Shown: positions 19,977 through 29,639 of the stretch, in pieces
How positions within the stretch are numbered: the first letter of the stretch is position 1
Layout: every line of letters starts with the position of its first letter
Virus record (IMG/VR): IMGVR_UViG_2700988807_000001
Span: 1 to 64,000 of that record
DNA length: 64,000 nt
From: a virus
Taxonomy: Duplodnaviria; Caudoviricetes
Reading direction: 5' to 3' (one strand)
Position numbers and translations under genes: made by a program
The notes under the pieces: model-generated
The model's database searches: none
What the model saw: only the letters and a program-made list of their open reading frames with translations
Told to the model about the DNA's origin: nothing

Positions 19977-21317
19977 ATGGCTAGCGTCTCTAAAAAGCTG
20001 ATGCACGCATACAACGTCTTTACATCGGTAGATCATCATGAGACCACTTCGAGTGAGTTTTATGGAATGTCTACCTATGGTGGTCGTCCAGATCGTGTCA
20101 GAGCACCAAACGTAATGGCTGCGCGATCAATCATCTCGTCGATTTACACTCGGCTAGGGATTGACATTGCGTCGGTTCAGCTTCGACACGTTCGACTGGA
20201 TGAGCAAGACCGATTCTTGGAGAACATCGACAGTGGTTTGAACAACTGTCTAACTGTCGAGGCAAACATCGATCAGGGTTCACGGGACTTTCGTCAGGAC
20301 ATCGCTATGACACTCTGCTCCAAGGGGTATCTGGCGATCGTTCCCATCGAAACCACGCTCAACCCGAAGATCTCTGGATCGTATGACATTCAAACCATGC
20401 GGGTCGGAGAGATTACGGCTTGGTATCCCAGGCACGTTCGTGTCAGTCTCTATAACGAAGCCGTTGGTCGACGCGATGAGATCGTGGTCGAAAAGAGGCA
20501 TGTTGCTGTCGTAACAAACCCTCTATATTCGATCATGAACGAGCCGAACTCGACTCTTCAACGTCTCGTCAGGAAATTGAGCCTCCTTGATTCGGTGGAT
20601 GAAGCGTCTGCGTCGGGGAAGCTCGACATGATCATCCAGCTTCCATACGTCGTCAAGTCTGATGCTCGAAAGAAGCAGGCAGAACAGCGACGAGCTGATC
20701 TTCAGGAACAGCTCACCGGAAGCAAGTACGGAATCGCTTACACGGACGGTACTGAGAAGATTACTCAGCTCAACCGTCCTGTCGAAAACAATCTCATGGG
20801 ACAGATCACATATCTCACCGGAGAGCTGTACGCACAGCTTGGTTTGACGGCTGAGGTTATGAATGGTACTGCCGATGAGAAGACGATGCTGAACTATTGG
20901 AATCGAACCATCGAACCAATGGTCGCTTCCATTACCGAAGAGTTGCATCGTACGTTCTTGACAAAGACTGCTCGATCTCAGAGACAAGCGGTTCGATATT
21001 TCCGAGATCCGTTCAAGCTCGTGCCTATCGAGAACATTGCGGAGATCGCAGACAAGTTCACTCGAAACGAGATTCTCACTTCGAATGAGATTCGTCAGGT
21101 GGTCGGCTTCAAGCCGGCTGGCGATCCCAAGGCAGATCAGCTCGTCAACAGCAACATGCCGCAAGCGGTAACTGGTGTTGGTGTTGAAGCTGCTGCTCCG
21201 TCTCCGACCACATCGACCGACCCCAACGAAGAGAAGACCGCTACGTTGGTGAACAGTGGATTGGATTCGTTGAACTCCCAGCTCGATGGCATATTCAACG
21301 ACCTGGGAGGAGAATGA
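19977..21317 (+). CDS. Portal protein
   Basis: 446 aa, AAGGAGG RBS, HK97-like portal features (NEIR...GFKP..DPKADQL); lies between terminase and capsid. Confidence 0.85.
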   Translation: MASVSKKLMHAYNVFTSVDHHETTSSEFYGMSTYGGRPDRVRAPNVMAARSIISSIYTRLGIDIASVQLRHVRLDEQDRFLENIDSGLNNCLTVEANIDQGSRDFRQDIAMTLCSKGYLAIVPIETTLNPKISGSYDIQTMRVGEITAWYPRHVRVSLYNEAVGRRDEIVVEKRHVAVVTNPLYSIMNEPNSTLQRLVRKLSLLDSVDEASASGKLDMIIQLPYVVKSDARKKQAEQRRADLQEQLTGSKYGIAYTDGTEKITQLNRPVENNLMGQITYLTGELYAQLGLTAEVMNGTADEKTMLNYWNRTIEPMVASITEELHRTFLTKTARSQRQAVRYFRDPFKLVPIENIAEIADKFTRNEILTSNEIRQVVGFKPAGDPKADQLVNSNMPQAVTGVGVEAAAPSPTTSTDPNEEKTATLVNSGLDSLNSQLDGIFNDLGGE

Positions 21318-21318
21318 G

Positions 21319-21969
21319 TTGTCGTCTCGATCCCAGCTCTTCATTGAGGCGGTGTTTGCAGATCGTCGCACTCTGATCCATGAGTACGATCCTGTCAAAG
21401 CTCGTGAGTATTATTTGCGTACTCGAGAGCTCAAGGGTCGTCAGCCAGCCCAGGCCGAAGAGCCTGAGTCGGTTCGTAACGCTCGACAAGCGGCTGCTGC
21501 GGCTGAAGAAGCTAAGCAGAAAGTCGAAGCCGAGCGTAAGTCTCGTCGACAAGAGCTGAAGACCAAACTTGCCGACCTGGAGGCTCGACTCAAAAAGTTG
21601 AACGCCGCCATCAAGCAAGCCAAAGCTGCAGCGATGCGTCGAGCAGGGGTGTCTGAAGAAACCCTGAACCGAATGATCACCCAAGAGGTGAAGAGTCCTG
21701 GTAGTTCCAAAGGCATGAAAGACAAAGCCGAGGACTCGAAAGACTCAAAAGACTCGTCCGACTCTTCCGATGACAAACCGAAAACTGCTGCGCAAAAACG
21801 AAAAGATGCCAAGGCGGCAAAAGAGCGGTATGAAGAAGAGAAGGACAAGAATCCCGAAGCTGATAATGGCGATGCTGAGCTTCAAGAACTACAGGACAAG
21901 GTCGATTCGACTGCTGAGCGAATCGAGAAACTTCAAAAGAGAGTTCAAGCCATCGCCAGAATTGGCTGA
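21319..21969 (+). CDS. Coiled-coil head-associated hypothetical protein
   Basis: TTG start after GGAGG; LIHEYDPVKAREYYLRTRELKGR, then a long charged coiled coil. Confidence 0.6.
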   Translation: MSSRSQLFIEAVFADRRTLIHEYDPVKAREYYLRTRELKGRQPAQAEEPESVRNARQAAAAAEEAKQKVEAERKSRRQELKTKLADLEARLKKLNAAIKQAKAAAMRRAGVSEETLNRMITQEVKSPGSSKGMKDKAEDSKDSKDSSDSSDDKPKTAAQKRKDAKAAKERYEEEKDKNPEADNGDAELQELQDKVDSTAERIEKLQKRVQAIARIG

Positions 21970-21977
21970 AAGGAAAC

Positions 21978-22097
21978 ATGATGGTTCACGTATTTCAGTT
22001 TGATCCCATCAAGCTCGACTTCGTCGCTACTGATGGAAGTCGATTCGACAGTGAACAGGAAGCGAGCCGACATGTCGACAAACTCAACGGCTCTTAG
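21978..22097 (+). CDS. Small hypothetical protein (39 aa)
   Basis: GAAAGGA RBS, ATG, open frame MMVHVFQFDPIKLDFVATDGSRFDSEQEASRHVDKLNGS. Confidence 0.45.
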   Translation: MMVHVFQFDPIKLDFVATDGSRFDSEQEASRHVDKLNGS

Positions 22098-22117
22098 TAA
22101 ACGATACAGAAAGGGGG

Positions 22118-24277
22118 ATGACCCACATGAAGCCTGATTTCGGCGGGTATGCAACCAAGGCCAATCTCAGGTGCTCCGACGGTCGAACCATCCTTCCCGA
22201 TGCTTTCAAGCATATGGATGGCATGAAGGTTCCTCTCGTATGGCAGCACGCCCACGGCGAACCCACTAACGTACTCGGTCATGCCCTTCTCGAAGCTCGT
22301 GACGGAAGCATGTACTGCCACGGGTTCTTCAACGAAACCGATGCCGGCAAGCATGCGAAGAATCTCGTCGCCCACGGCGATATCAACGCGCTTTCCATTT
22401 ACGCCAATAAGCTCGATGAGCACAACAGGGCGGTCAAGCACGGCCAGATCCGTGAAGTAAGTCTCGTGTTGGCTGGTGCAAATCCCGGAGCATTGATTGA
22501 CAATGTGAACATTGCCCATGGCGATGGTTCGATCACCACTCTGGACGATGATGTTCTTATCTACACAGACGAAACGATCGAACTCACCCATTCAGAAGAG
22601 GACAACATGACTATCGCACATGCTGACGATGAGGACCTCACCGTCCAGGACGTCTTCGAGACGATGAATGAGCAGCAGCAGGAAGTTGTTCATTTCCTGG
22701 TCGGAGAGGCTCTCGCTGGAGCCGGCGCCTCCGCTAGCCACGCTGCTGGTGACGAGGAAGACGACAGCGAAGATGACGGTAAGGACAAGACCGTCAAGGA
22801 GATCTTCGACAGCATGACTGAAGAGCAGCAGAATGTTGTCTTCTTCATGGTCGGCCAGGCTGTTCAGGAGGCCGAAAAGGCTTCCGCCAACAAGTCTTCG
22901 GACACCGAGTCCGGCGACGACAAGACCGCTAAGCACGCAGATACCCTCTCGGAAGGATCCAACATCATGAGCCACAACGTCTTCGAGCGCGCTGCCCTTT
23001 CGGCCGACGACACCAACGGCAAGGCCCTGTCCCACTCGGAGATCGTCGAGGCCACGTCGAGCATCTTCTCGGCTGCCGCTCGCACCGGCTCCATCAAGGA
23101 GGCCGCGGAGGAGTACGCCCTCAAGCACGGCATCGAGGACATCGACGTTCTGTTCCCGGACGCCAAGGCTGTCACCGCCACGCCCGAATTCATCAAGCGT
23201 CGCACCGAGTGGGTCTCCGAGGTCATGAGCGGTTCGCGCCACACCCCGTTCTCCCGCATCAAGAGCCTGACGGCCAACCTGACCTTCGACGATGCCCGCG
23301 CCAAGGGTTACGTCAAGGGCAACATGAAGAAGGAAGAGTTCTTCCGGGTCGCCAAGCGAGTCACCACCCCGCAGACCGTCTACAAGAAGCAGAAGCTGGA
23401 TCGGGACGACGTCCTGGACATCACCGATTTCGACGTTGTCGCCTGGCTCAAGGGCGAGATGCGTCTCATGCTCGATGAGGAAATCGCTCGCGCGGTTCTC
23501 ATCGGTGACGGTCGCTCGGCCGAGGACGAGGACAAGATCTCGGAGGAGCACATCCGTCCGATCGCTAACGATAGCGACCTCTTCGTCACCTACGTGAACG
23601 TCGACCTGAGCGGCGGCACGGCTGACAAGATCGTCGATGCTCTGACCCTGCAGCGTCGTCACTACCGTGGTTCGGGCAACCCGACCTTCTTCACCAGCGA
23701 GACCATCCTCGCTCAGATGCTGCTGCACAAGGATTCGCTGGGTCGCCGCATCTACGCGACGACTGCCGACCTCGCGGCCGCTCTGCGCGTCTCGAAGATT
23801 GTCACGGTCGAGATCATGGATCAGCCGTCGGTGGATGTCGTCGGCATCATGGTCAACCTGCAGGACTACACCATCGGTGCGGACAAGGGCGGCGACGTTT
23901 CGCTGTTCGACGACTTCGACATCGACTACAACCAGCACAAGTACCTGATCGAGTCCCGTCTGTCGGGCGCCCTCACGCGTCCCAAGTCGGCTCTCGTGGT
24001 CAAGGCTGTTGCCAAGTCCTCGACCCTCGTCACCCCCGAGGCTCCGACCTGGGATCCCGAGGACAAGACCGTGACGGTTCCGACCGTCGAGGGTGTCGTC
24101 TACAAGAACAAGAAGACGAACGCTACCCTGACCACGGCTTCGCCCGTCACCCTGAACGTCGGTGAAGAGCTGCACGTGATCGCCCTGCCGGCCTCGTCGA
24201 GCTACTACCTGGCCTCGACCGCTGAGGACGAGTTCCTCTTCGATTACGAGGATGGCATGCTCGGCGGCGCATTCTGA
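22118..24277 (+). CDS. Capsid maturation protease - scaffold - major capsid protein fusion
   Basis: N-term prohead protease (LVWQH, LSIYA, REVSLVLAGANPGA); acidic scaffold with duplicated TV..(V/I)F..M.E.QQ.VV.F.VG; HK97-like capsid; strongly biased codon usage. Confidence 0.85.
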   Translation: MTHMKPDFGGYATKANLRCSDGRTILPDAFKHMDGMKVPLVWQHAHGEPTNVLGHALLEARDGSMYCHGFFNETDAGKHAKNLVAHGDINALSIYANKLDEHNRAVKHGQIREVSLVLAGANPGALIDNVNIAHGDGSITTLDDDVLIYTDETIELTHSEEDNMTIAHADDEDLTVQDVFETMNEQQQEVVHFLVGEALAGAGASASHAAGDEEDDSEDDGKDKTVKEIFDSMTEEQQNVVFFMVGQAVQEAEKASANKSSDTESGDDKTAKHADTLSEGSNIMSHNVFERAALSADDTNGKALSHSEIVEATSSIFSAAARTGSIKEAAEEYALKHGIEDIDVLFPDAKAVTATPEFIKRRTEWVSEVMSGSRHTPFSRIKSLTANLTFDDARAKGYVKGNMKKEEFFRVAKRVTTPQTVYKKQKLDRDDVLDITDFDVVAWLKGEMRLMLDEEIARAVLIGDGRSAEDEDKISEEHIRPIANDSDLFVTYVNVDLSGGTADKIVDALTLQRRHYRGSGNPTFFTSETILAQMLLHKDSLGRRIYATTADLAAALRVSKIVTVEIMDQPSVDVVGIMVNLQDYTIGADKGGDVSLFDDFDIDYNQHKYLIESRLSGALTRPKSALVVKAVAKSSTLVTPEAPTWDPEDKTVTVPTVEGVVYKNKKTNATLTTASPVTLNVGEELHVIALPASSSYYLASTAEDEFLFDYEDGMLGGAF

Positions 24278-24288
24278 TCTGAGTCAGA

Positions 24289-24642
24289 ATGGCTAAATTC
24301 TGCGGTGTAGTCGGCTACGCCAACGCCGTGGAATCTCCTCTGGGATCGGGCATCTGGGTTGACCAAGTTGTAGAACGAAAGTACTACGGCGACGTCGTCC
24401 GGACTGCCCGATCCCTGAGGGAGGGAGAGAATCTCCACGACGATATTACTGTCAGCAACTCGATCTCCATCGTAGCTGATGCGTATGCTCGGAATCATTT
24501 CATCAATATGCTTTATGTTCAGTGGTCGGGGGCACGCTGGGTCGTCTCAAATGTCGATGCGACGTCGCCCCCGCGGTTGGTATTGCAGTTAGGAGGGATC
24601 TACAATGGGGAAACCCCGGATGCAACTCCAGGAACTCCTTAA
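24289..24642 (+). CDS. Head-to-tail stopper-like protein
   Basis: Position after capsid; beta-rich 117 aa. Confidence 0.55.
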   Translation: MAKFCGVVGYANAVESPLGSGIWVDQVVERKYYGDVVRTARSLREGENLHDDITVSNSISIVADAYARNHFINMLYVQWSGARWVVSNVDATSPPRLVLQLGGIYNGETPDATPGTP

Positions 24643-24907
24643 GCAGATCGCTGCTAACGTATATTTCCAGCCGCCGAACAACACGCAGATGAAGTACCCA
24701 TGCATCATCTACAATCGTGAGGCTACGGATACCGAGTTCGCGGACAATAGTCCGTATCGGCACACCAAGCGATATTCAGTCACCGTCATCGACAAGAATC
24801 CGGACAGTCCGATACCGGACAAGGTCGCTCAACTCCCTATGTGCGCACACAACCGGTTCTTTGTCAATGATGGCTTGAATCACGACGTTTTTTCATTGTA
24901 CTTCTAA
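24605..24907 (+). CDS. Tail terminator/completion-like protein
   Basis: NVYFQPP...YPCIIY motif; just upstream of the major tail gene. Confidence 0.6.
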   Translation: MGKPRMQLQELLKQIAANVYFQPPNNTQMKYPCIIYNREATDTEFADNSPYRHTKRYSVTVIDKNPDSPIPDKVAQLPMCAHNRFFVNDGLNHDVFSLYF

Positions 24908-24922
24908 CAAGGAGCCATAAAC

Positions 24923-25810
24923 ATGGTTGCAATTCAGTGGGACAAGACCGGCGAGCGGCTCTACGAGACCGGCGTCGATCACGGTGTCCTGTACATCCCT
25001 GACGCACAGGGCAAGTACGAGGTCGGCTACGCCTGGAACGGTCTGACGTCCGTCTCGGAGGCTCCCTCGGGTGCCGAGTCCAACCCGCAGTACGCGGACA
25101 ACATCAAGTACCTGGACCTCATCTCGGCGGAGGAGTTCGGCGCCACCATCGAGGCGTTCACCTACCCCGAGGCGTTCGCTCAGTGCGACGGTACCGCCAT
25201 CATCGGCGGCATCCAGCTCGCTCAGCAGGTTCGTAAGAAGTTCGGGTTCTCCTACCGGACCCTCGTTGGAAACGACCTCGTCGGTACCGACTACGGTTAC
25301 AAGATCCACCTGGTTTACGGCTGCCAGGCGGCTCCGTCGGAGAAGTCGCGTTCGACCGTCAACGACTCGCCCGAGGCTGCGACCTTCAGCTGGGAGATCA
25401 CGACCAGCCCGGTCGACGTTCCCGGCATCAACCCCTCGACGGGCAAGCCCTACCGTCAGACCGCCCACCTCACCATCGACTCCACGAAGGTGACGCCGGC
25501 GAAGCTGAAGGAGCTTGAGGACATCCTTTACGGCACCGCTGGTGTCGATCCCCGGATGCCCTACCCGGCCGAGGTTCTGGCGATGTTCGAGGGGGACACC
25601 ATCGAGGTCTCCCCGGCCGCGCCGACCTACAGCTCCGCGACCAAGACCATCACGATCCCGACGACCCCTGGTGTGGTCTACAAGATCGATGGTAACCCGG
25701 TCTCGGGCAGTGTCGTCATCACCGAGGACACCGTTGTGGTTGCCGAGCCGGCTCCGGGCTACAAGTTCCCGTCGGTCACGGACGACGACTGGCTGTTTGA
25801 CTACGCGTAA
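24923..25810 (+). CDS. Major tail (tube) protein
   Basis: AWNGLTSVSE.PSGAE..PQYADNIKY, TIEAFTYP, YKIHLVY; highly biased codons. Confidence 0.85.
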   Translation: MVAIQWDKTGERLYETGVDHGVLYIPDAQGKYEVGYAWNGLTSVSEAPSGAESNPQYADNIKYLDLISAEEFGATIEAFTYPEAFAQCDGTAIIGGIQLAQQVRKKFGFSYRTLVGNDLVGTDYGYKIHLVYGCQAAPSEKSRSTVNDSPEAATFSWEITTSPVDVPGINPSTGKPYRQTAHLTIDSTKVTPAKLKELEDILYGTAGVDPRMPYPAEVLAMFEGDTIEVSPAAPTYSSATKTITIPTTPGVVYKIDGNPVSGSVVITEDTVVVAEPAPGYKFPSVTDDDWLFDYA

Positions 25811-25841
25811 GGTCTCTTCGTTCGAGAGTGAAGGTTAAGGT

Positions 25842-26396
25842 ATGCTCCAGCTCGACGTCGTCATAAAAGAGGACTTCAACGACGACACTCAAGAGTTCAT
25901 CATCACGACATGGCCGTTGCGGCTGGAGCACTCCTTAGTATCACTGTCAAAATGGGAGTCGAAGTACGAGAAACCATTCATCTCTTCAGACAAGTCTGAG
26001 TCGGAGATCTTGGATTACGTCTTGATGATGGATCTTAGTGACGAAACTCCCCCGGAGGTTTATCAGAACATCTCCAATGAGCAGTTTCTTCAGATCAACG
26101 AACACATCAACGCCAAGATGACGGCTACTTGGTTCAGCGATAAAAAGAAGAAAAAGGTGCAGCATCAGATCGTCACCAGTGAATTGATCTATTACTGGAT
26201 GACATCTTACGAGATCCCTTGGGTGGCAGAGACTTGGCATCTGAACCGTCTCTTCACCCTGATCGAGGTCTTCAATGCTGAACGAAGCACTACACAGAAG
26301 ACCAACAAACCGACTCGTTCCGAAGCCGAGAGTGCTGCTGCTCAGCGAAGGGCTCTGAATGAACAGCGTAGGAAGGAGTTGGGTACCAGTGGCTAA
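25842..26396 (+). CDS. Tail assembly chaperone-like protein
   Basis: Follows the major tail gene; LEHSLVSLSKWESK...TSELIYYWM...WHLNRL. Confidence 0.55.
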   Translation: MLQLDVVIKEDFNDDTQEFIITTWPLRLEHSLVSLSKWESKYEKPFISSDKSESEILDYVLMMDLSDETPPEVYQNISNEQFLQINEHINAKMTATWFSDKKKKKVQHQIVTSELIYYWMTSYEIPWVAETWHLNRLFTLIEVFNAERSTTQKTNKPTRSEAESAAAQRRALNEQRRKELGTSG

Positions 26397-26414
26397 CATT
26401 CGAGAGGAGGTCGG

Positions 26415-27218
26415 ATGACCAAGATCGACTGGAACAACGTCGGACAACGGCGCTATGAAGTTGGTATTGACCGTGGCGTCCTTTACCTTCCCAGCGAAAA
26501 CGTGGCTGTTCCGTGGAACGGATTGATTTCCGTCGACGAGGTGTCCGACACCACTATTGAGCCACTCTACTTGAACGGCGTCAAGTATTTCGATTACGTC
26601 TCTCGGGGCGACTACAAGGGAACGCTGAAAGCGTACACCTATCCCGAAGAGTTCGAGCTGTATGACGGAGTTCGTGAATCTCCTGGTAACGGCATTTTCG
26701 TCACTGGCCAGATTCCGACAGGAACATTCCATCTGTCTTATCGAACGTTGGTTGGAAACGATGTCGAGGGTATCAACGGTGGCTACAAGATCCACATCTT
26801 GTACAACCTGACCGCCAAGCCCTCGAACAAGTCGTATACCACACTGGCCAACAACCCTAGTGGGTACGCTTTCAGCTGGGATCTTTCGTCGGTCCCAGTC
26901 GAGGCGTTCAATCTTCGACCGACTTCGCACATTATCTTCGACACGACTAAGATGCACGAAAGTGCTATCTATGAGATCGAGCGTGTTATTTACGGGACGG
27001 CTACAACCAACCCGAAGATTCTAACTCCAGATGAGTTCGAGCTCCTGACGAACACGGCTCCGGAGATCACCATCGTTGATAACGGCGATGGAACCTGGAG
27101 CGCTACTGGCTCCGACTACTACATCAAGGCCAATCGAGCGTTCGGCGAATTCACCATTCTCAAGGCCAACGCCGAATACATTGACGAAAACACTTACGAT
27201 ATTTCGTCGAACGAATAG
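26415..27218 (+). CDS. Second major-tail-like protein (paralog)
   Basis: Aligns by eye with 24923 (G.DRGVLY, PWNGL.SV.E, AYTYPEEF, SYRTLVGND, YKIHILY). Confidence 0.75.
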   Translation: MTKIDWNNVGQRRYEVGIDRGVLYLPSENVAVPWNGLISVDEVSDTTIEPLYLNGVKYFDYVSRGDYKGTLKAYTYPEEFELYDGVRESPGNGIFVTGQIPTGTFHLSYRTLVGNDVEGINGGYKIHILYNLTAKPSNKSYTTLANNPSGYAFSWDLSSVPVEAFNLRPTSHIIFDTTKMHESAIYEIERVIYGTATTNPKILTPDEFELLTNTAPEITIVDNGDGTWSATGSDYYIKANRAFGEFTILKANAEYIDENTYDISSNE

Positions 27219-27231
27219 TTAGGAGACAGTC

Positions 27232-27735
27232 ATGGCGCAAGTAACCGTCAGGTCGCTGACCGCTGAGCGAATGATCGAAATCGAACAGTCGGCTGTCGTC
27301 TCCGGCGTCGTTCAGGGCGATATTCTCATTCTCGTCACCAAGGCCGGAACCAACATCACGGCCGGCAATGTTCGAGGACCAAAGGGCGACAAGGGCAATA
27401 AGGGTGATACCGGTGCTCCCGGTGGCGCTCAGCTCGGCGGCAACCTCGGCGGAACGTTGTCCGTCCCGAAGGTTACCGGGCTGCTCGACAGCACCGTCGA
27501 TGTTACAAACACTAAGATCAACACTGAGTTTGACTTCGGTTCTGGGCCTATAATGGTCAGCATGCCTTTGGAAGATCTTCTCACTACGGTTCTTTCTTAC
27601 GGTCCTGCGATCGAACATAGTGTGCGGAGAAAGGGTCGAGTCGTAACTCTCTGGTCTGGTTCTCAGGCCGAATGGAATGCTCTTCCGCCCGAGGAGAGGA
27701 ATGATCCAGGCTTTGTGGCGGTGATTGTCGGATGA
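27232..27735 (+). CDS. Minor tail protein with short collagen-like repeat
   Basis: GNVRGPKGDKGNKGDTGAPG. Confidence 0.65.
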   Translation: MAQVTVRSLTAERMIEIEQSAVVSGVVQGDILILVTKAGTNITAGNVRGPKGDKGNKGDTGAPGGAQLGGNLGGTLSVPKVTGLLDSTVDVTNTKINTEFDFGSGPIMVSMPLEDLLTTVLSYGPAIEHSVRRKGRVVTLWSGSQAEWNALPPEERNDPGFVAVIVG

Positions 27736-28799
27736 GCATTATTACGAATGGTGTGAATCCTTCGGCGGTATATTCGGGCGGCAATGCCGACACAATGATT
27801 CTGGCGGGGGCCGGAAGTGGAGTTCTAGAGCAGTTCCCCTATAACACCAACGTGACGATGTCTTACGACTTCGCCAATCCGTTGGAAGAGAAGTGGTTCC
27901 CCATTTCCGGGTTCGATAGTCGGACGAGCATCAACTCCGATTACAGGCCTGGGATGGTCATTGGTGGAAACTATATTTCTCAGGTGAATGCCGACCACAC
28001 CCATCACGTCCGTCTTCTCAATCGTCAGATGAACGGAAACATTCTCCACGTCGAGGTTGTGATTGCTAACCAGTTGTTCTCTCTGGCTCTGCCATCTTAT
28101 TTGGTTTTGGCGAGCAACCCCTACGCAAACGTAGCTTTGATTGCCGAATTCGGAAACAACGGCGTTCGAGTATTTCCAATCAGTGGGGCTACTGTTCAGA
28201 CGCAGTATCGCCATGAAGTATTTACTCCGATCGCTGTCGGAAATCGTCTCCGAATTTCTTGGATCAAAGACTGGGTTACGGTCTACGTCAATGATGTGGC
28301 CATCGAAAGTTTCTACGAGCCATATTACCGAGCAAACTTTCGTAATCGACCGGGATTCATGTATCCGGGCATTGGGCTCTACTCGGGGCCGAACAGCGTA
28401 TATTCTACACCCATCGGTAAGGTGACGTTCTCTGGGTCCGGTTCGAGTATGGCCACAACGCTTGAGCATGTTGCACAAGCTTACATGTCGCACATTGATA
28501 TTCCTCTTAATGCTTGGACTGAGGTTGCGCGAGTATACACAAACCTTACGTCTGGAACAGCTAGAGTCCAGCTGCTAGGTGCTATGTGGAAGACAAACAT
28601 CTCGACAAGTACGAGAAATTTCAGAATGTCTTTGAACGGTACGGTGCTCGGAACCATAACCGATCGAAACGGCGGAACCTTGGATTTTCCGAACACCAAC
28701 GTCCCGGCGAATTCGGTCTTGACTGCAGAGGCGTTCACCAACTCTTCTACGGCAGTAAACCGCGTCGTCGGAGCCGGCACATTGCGAGTCGGTTTGTAA
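27732..28799 (+). CDS. Minor tail protein (beta-sandwich)
   Basis: 355-aa beta-rich ORF in the tail module; ATGA overlap. Confidence 0.55.
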   Translation: MSIITNGVNPSAVYSGGNADTMILAGAGSGVLEQFPYNTNVTMSYDFANPLEEKWFPISGFDSRTSINSDYRPGMVIGGNYISQVNADHTHHVRLLNRQMNGNILHVEVVIANQLFSLALPSYLVLASNPYANVALIAEFGNNGVRVFPISGATVQTQYRHEVFTPIAVGNRLRISWIKDWVTVYVNDVAIESFYEPYYRANFRNRPGFMYPGIGLYSGPNSVYSTPIGKVTFSGSGSSMATTLEHVAQAYMSHIDIPLNAWTEVARVYTNLTSGTARVQLLGAMWKTNISTSTRNFRMSLNGTVLGTITDRNGGTLDFPNTNVPANSVLTAEAFTNSSTAVNRVVGAGTLRVGL

Positions 28800-28814
28800 C
28801 TTCAAAAGGATAGG

Positions 28815-29618
28815 GTGGGGATTAACATGCACATCATCTACGCTGACGGCATCGGGAGTAGCGCTCCGGGACTAACCACCAGTCAGTCCATTCTGCACAA
28901 GGTTGTCGAGCGTCTCATCGAACACAATCCGGTTCACACCAAGTCTCGTGTCGAATGGCCTGCGTCTATGGCGTCGGTAGGCGGACCTCTGTCTTGGACC
29001 GAAGCCTCGAAGATTGGTGTCGCCGATGTTAATCGCATCATAGACACCCACAGTAATCCGGGTAAGCAATTCATCCTGCTCGCATATTCTGGCGGAAACC
29101 GCGTGATCCACGAGTGGATGGAGCAGAACCCGGAGAAGCTTCACAAGATTGCTGCCGTTGGTCTCATGTCCGATCCTTGGCGACCTCGAACCCGTCAGCA
29201 GTACGGGCTGCCTCCGACCGTTGGTTGGGGTATCTGTGGCGAGAAGCTCGGACCCATCATCTCGCATACCTTCTGGGTGAGTGCGCCTGGCGATGCGATC
29301 TCCGACGCTCTTCCTGATGCCATTCTTCGAACGGCTGCCGACGTGTCTGACGTTATGCCTGGTCAGTTCCTTGGCGATCTCGGACGTCACGTCAAGGCCG
29401 GCGATCTCCAATTGGCGTGGAAGATTGGTGAGATCAAGAAGAATCCTCTCGGATGGTTTCTTGGTCTTGGTCCTCGGCTCCAGCAGGCCCGCATCGACAT
29501 CAACGGTTACATGGGCGGAAACCACACCACGGCGTATCTTACGCCTTGGAATGGTGGCCCTTCGTTGGCGCATCGACTGGCTGACACCATCAATTTCCAC
29601 ATCTCACACCCTAGCTGA
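28815..29618 (+). CDS. LysB-like alpha/beta-hydrolase (cutinase/esterase)
   Basis: Nucleophile elbow LLAYSGG, GLMSDPWRP, PGD.I, H..AY; layout typical of mycolyl-esterase LysB. Confidence 0.7.
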   Translation: MGINMHIIYADGIGSSAPGLTTSQSILHKVVERLIEHNPVHTKSRVEWPASMASVGGPLSWTEASKIGVADVNRIIDTHSNPGKQFILLAYSGGNRVIHEWMEQNPEKLHKIAAVGLMSDPWRPRTRQQYGLPPTVGWGICGEKLGPIISHTFWVSAPGDAISDALPDAILRTAADVSDVMPGQFLGDLGRHVKAGDLQLAWKIGEIKKNPLGWFLGLGPRLQQARIDINGYMGGNHTTAYLTPWNGGPSLAHRLADTINFHISHPS

Positions 29619-29639
29619 TCTTCAAAGGAGGAAGTTACC

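Noticed and set aside
25842-26396. Programmed frameshift in the tail assembly chaperone
   Set aside because: An A-rich run exists near 26142-26157, but there is no overlapping downstream ORF to shift into and the gene is not adjacent to the tape measure
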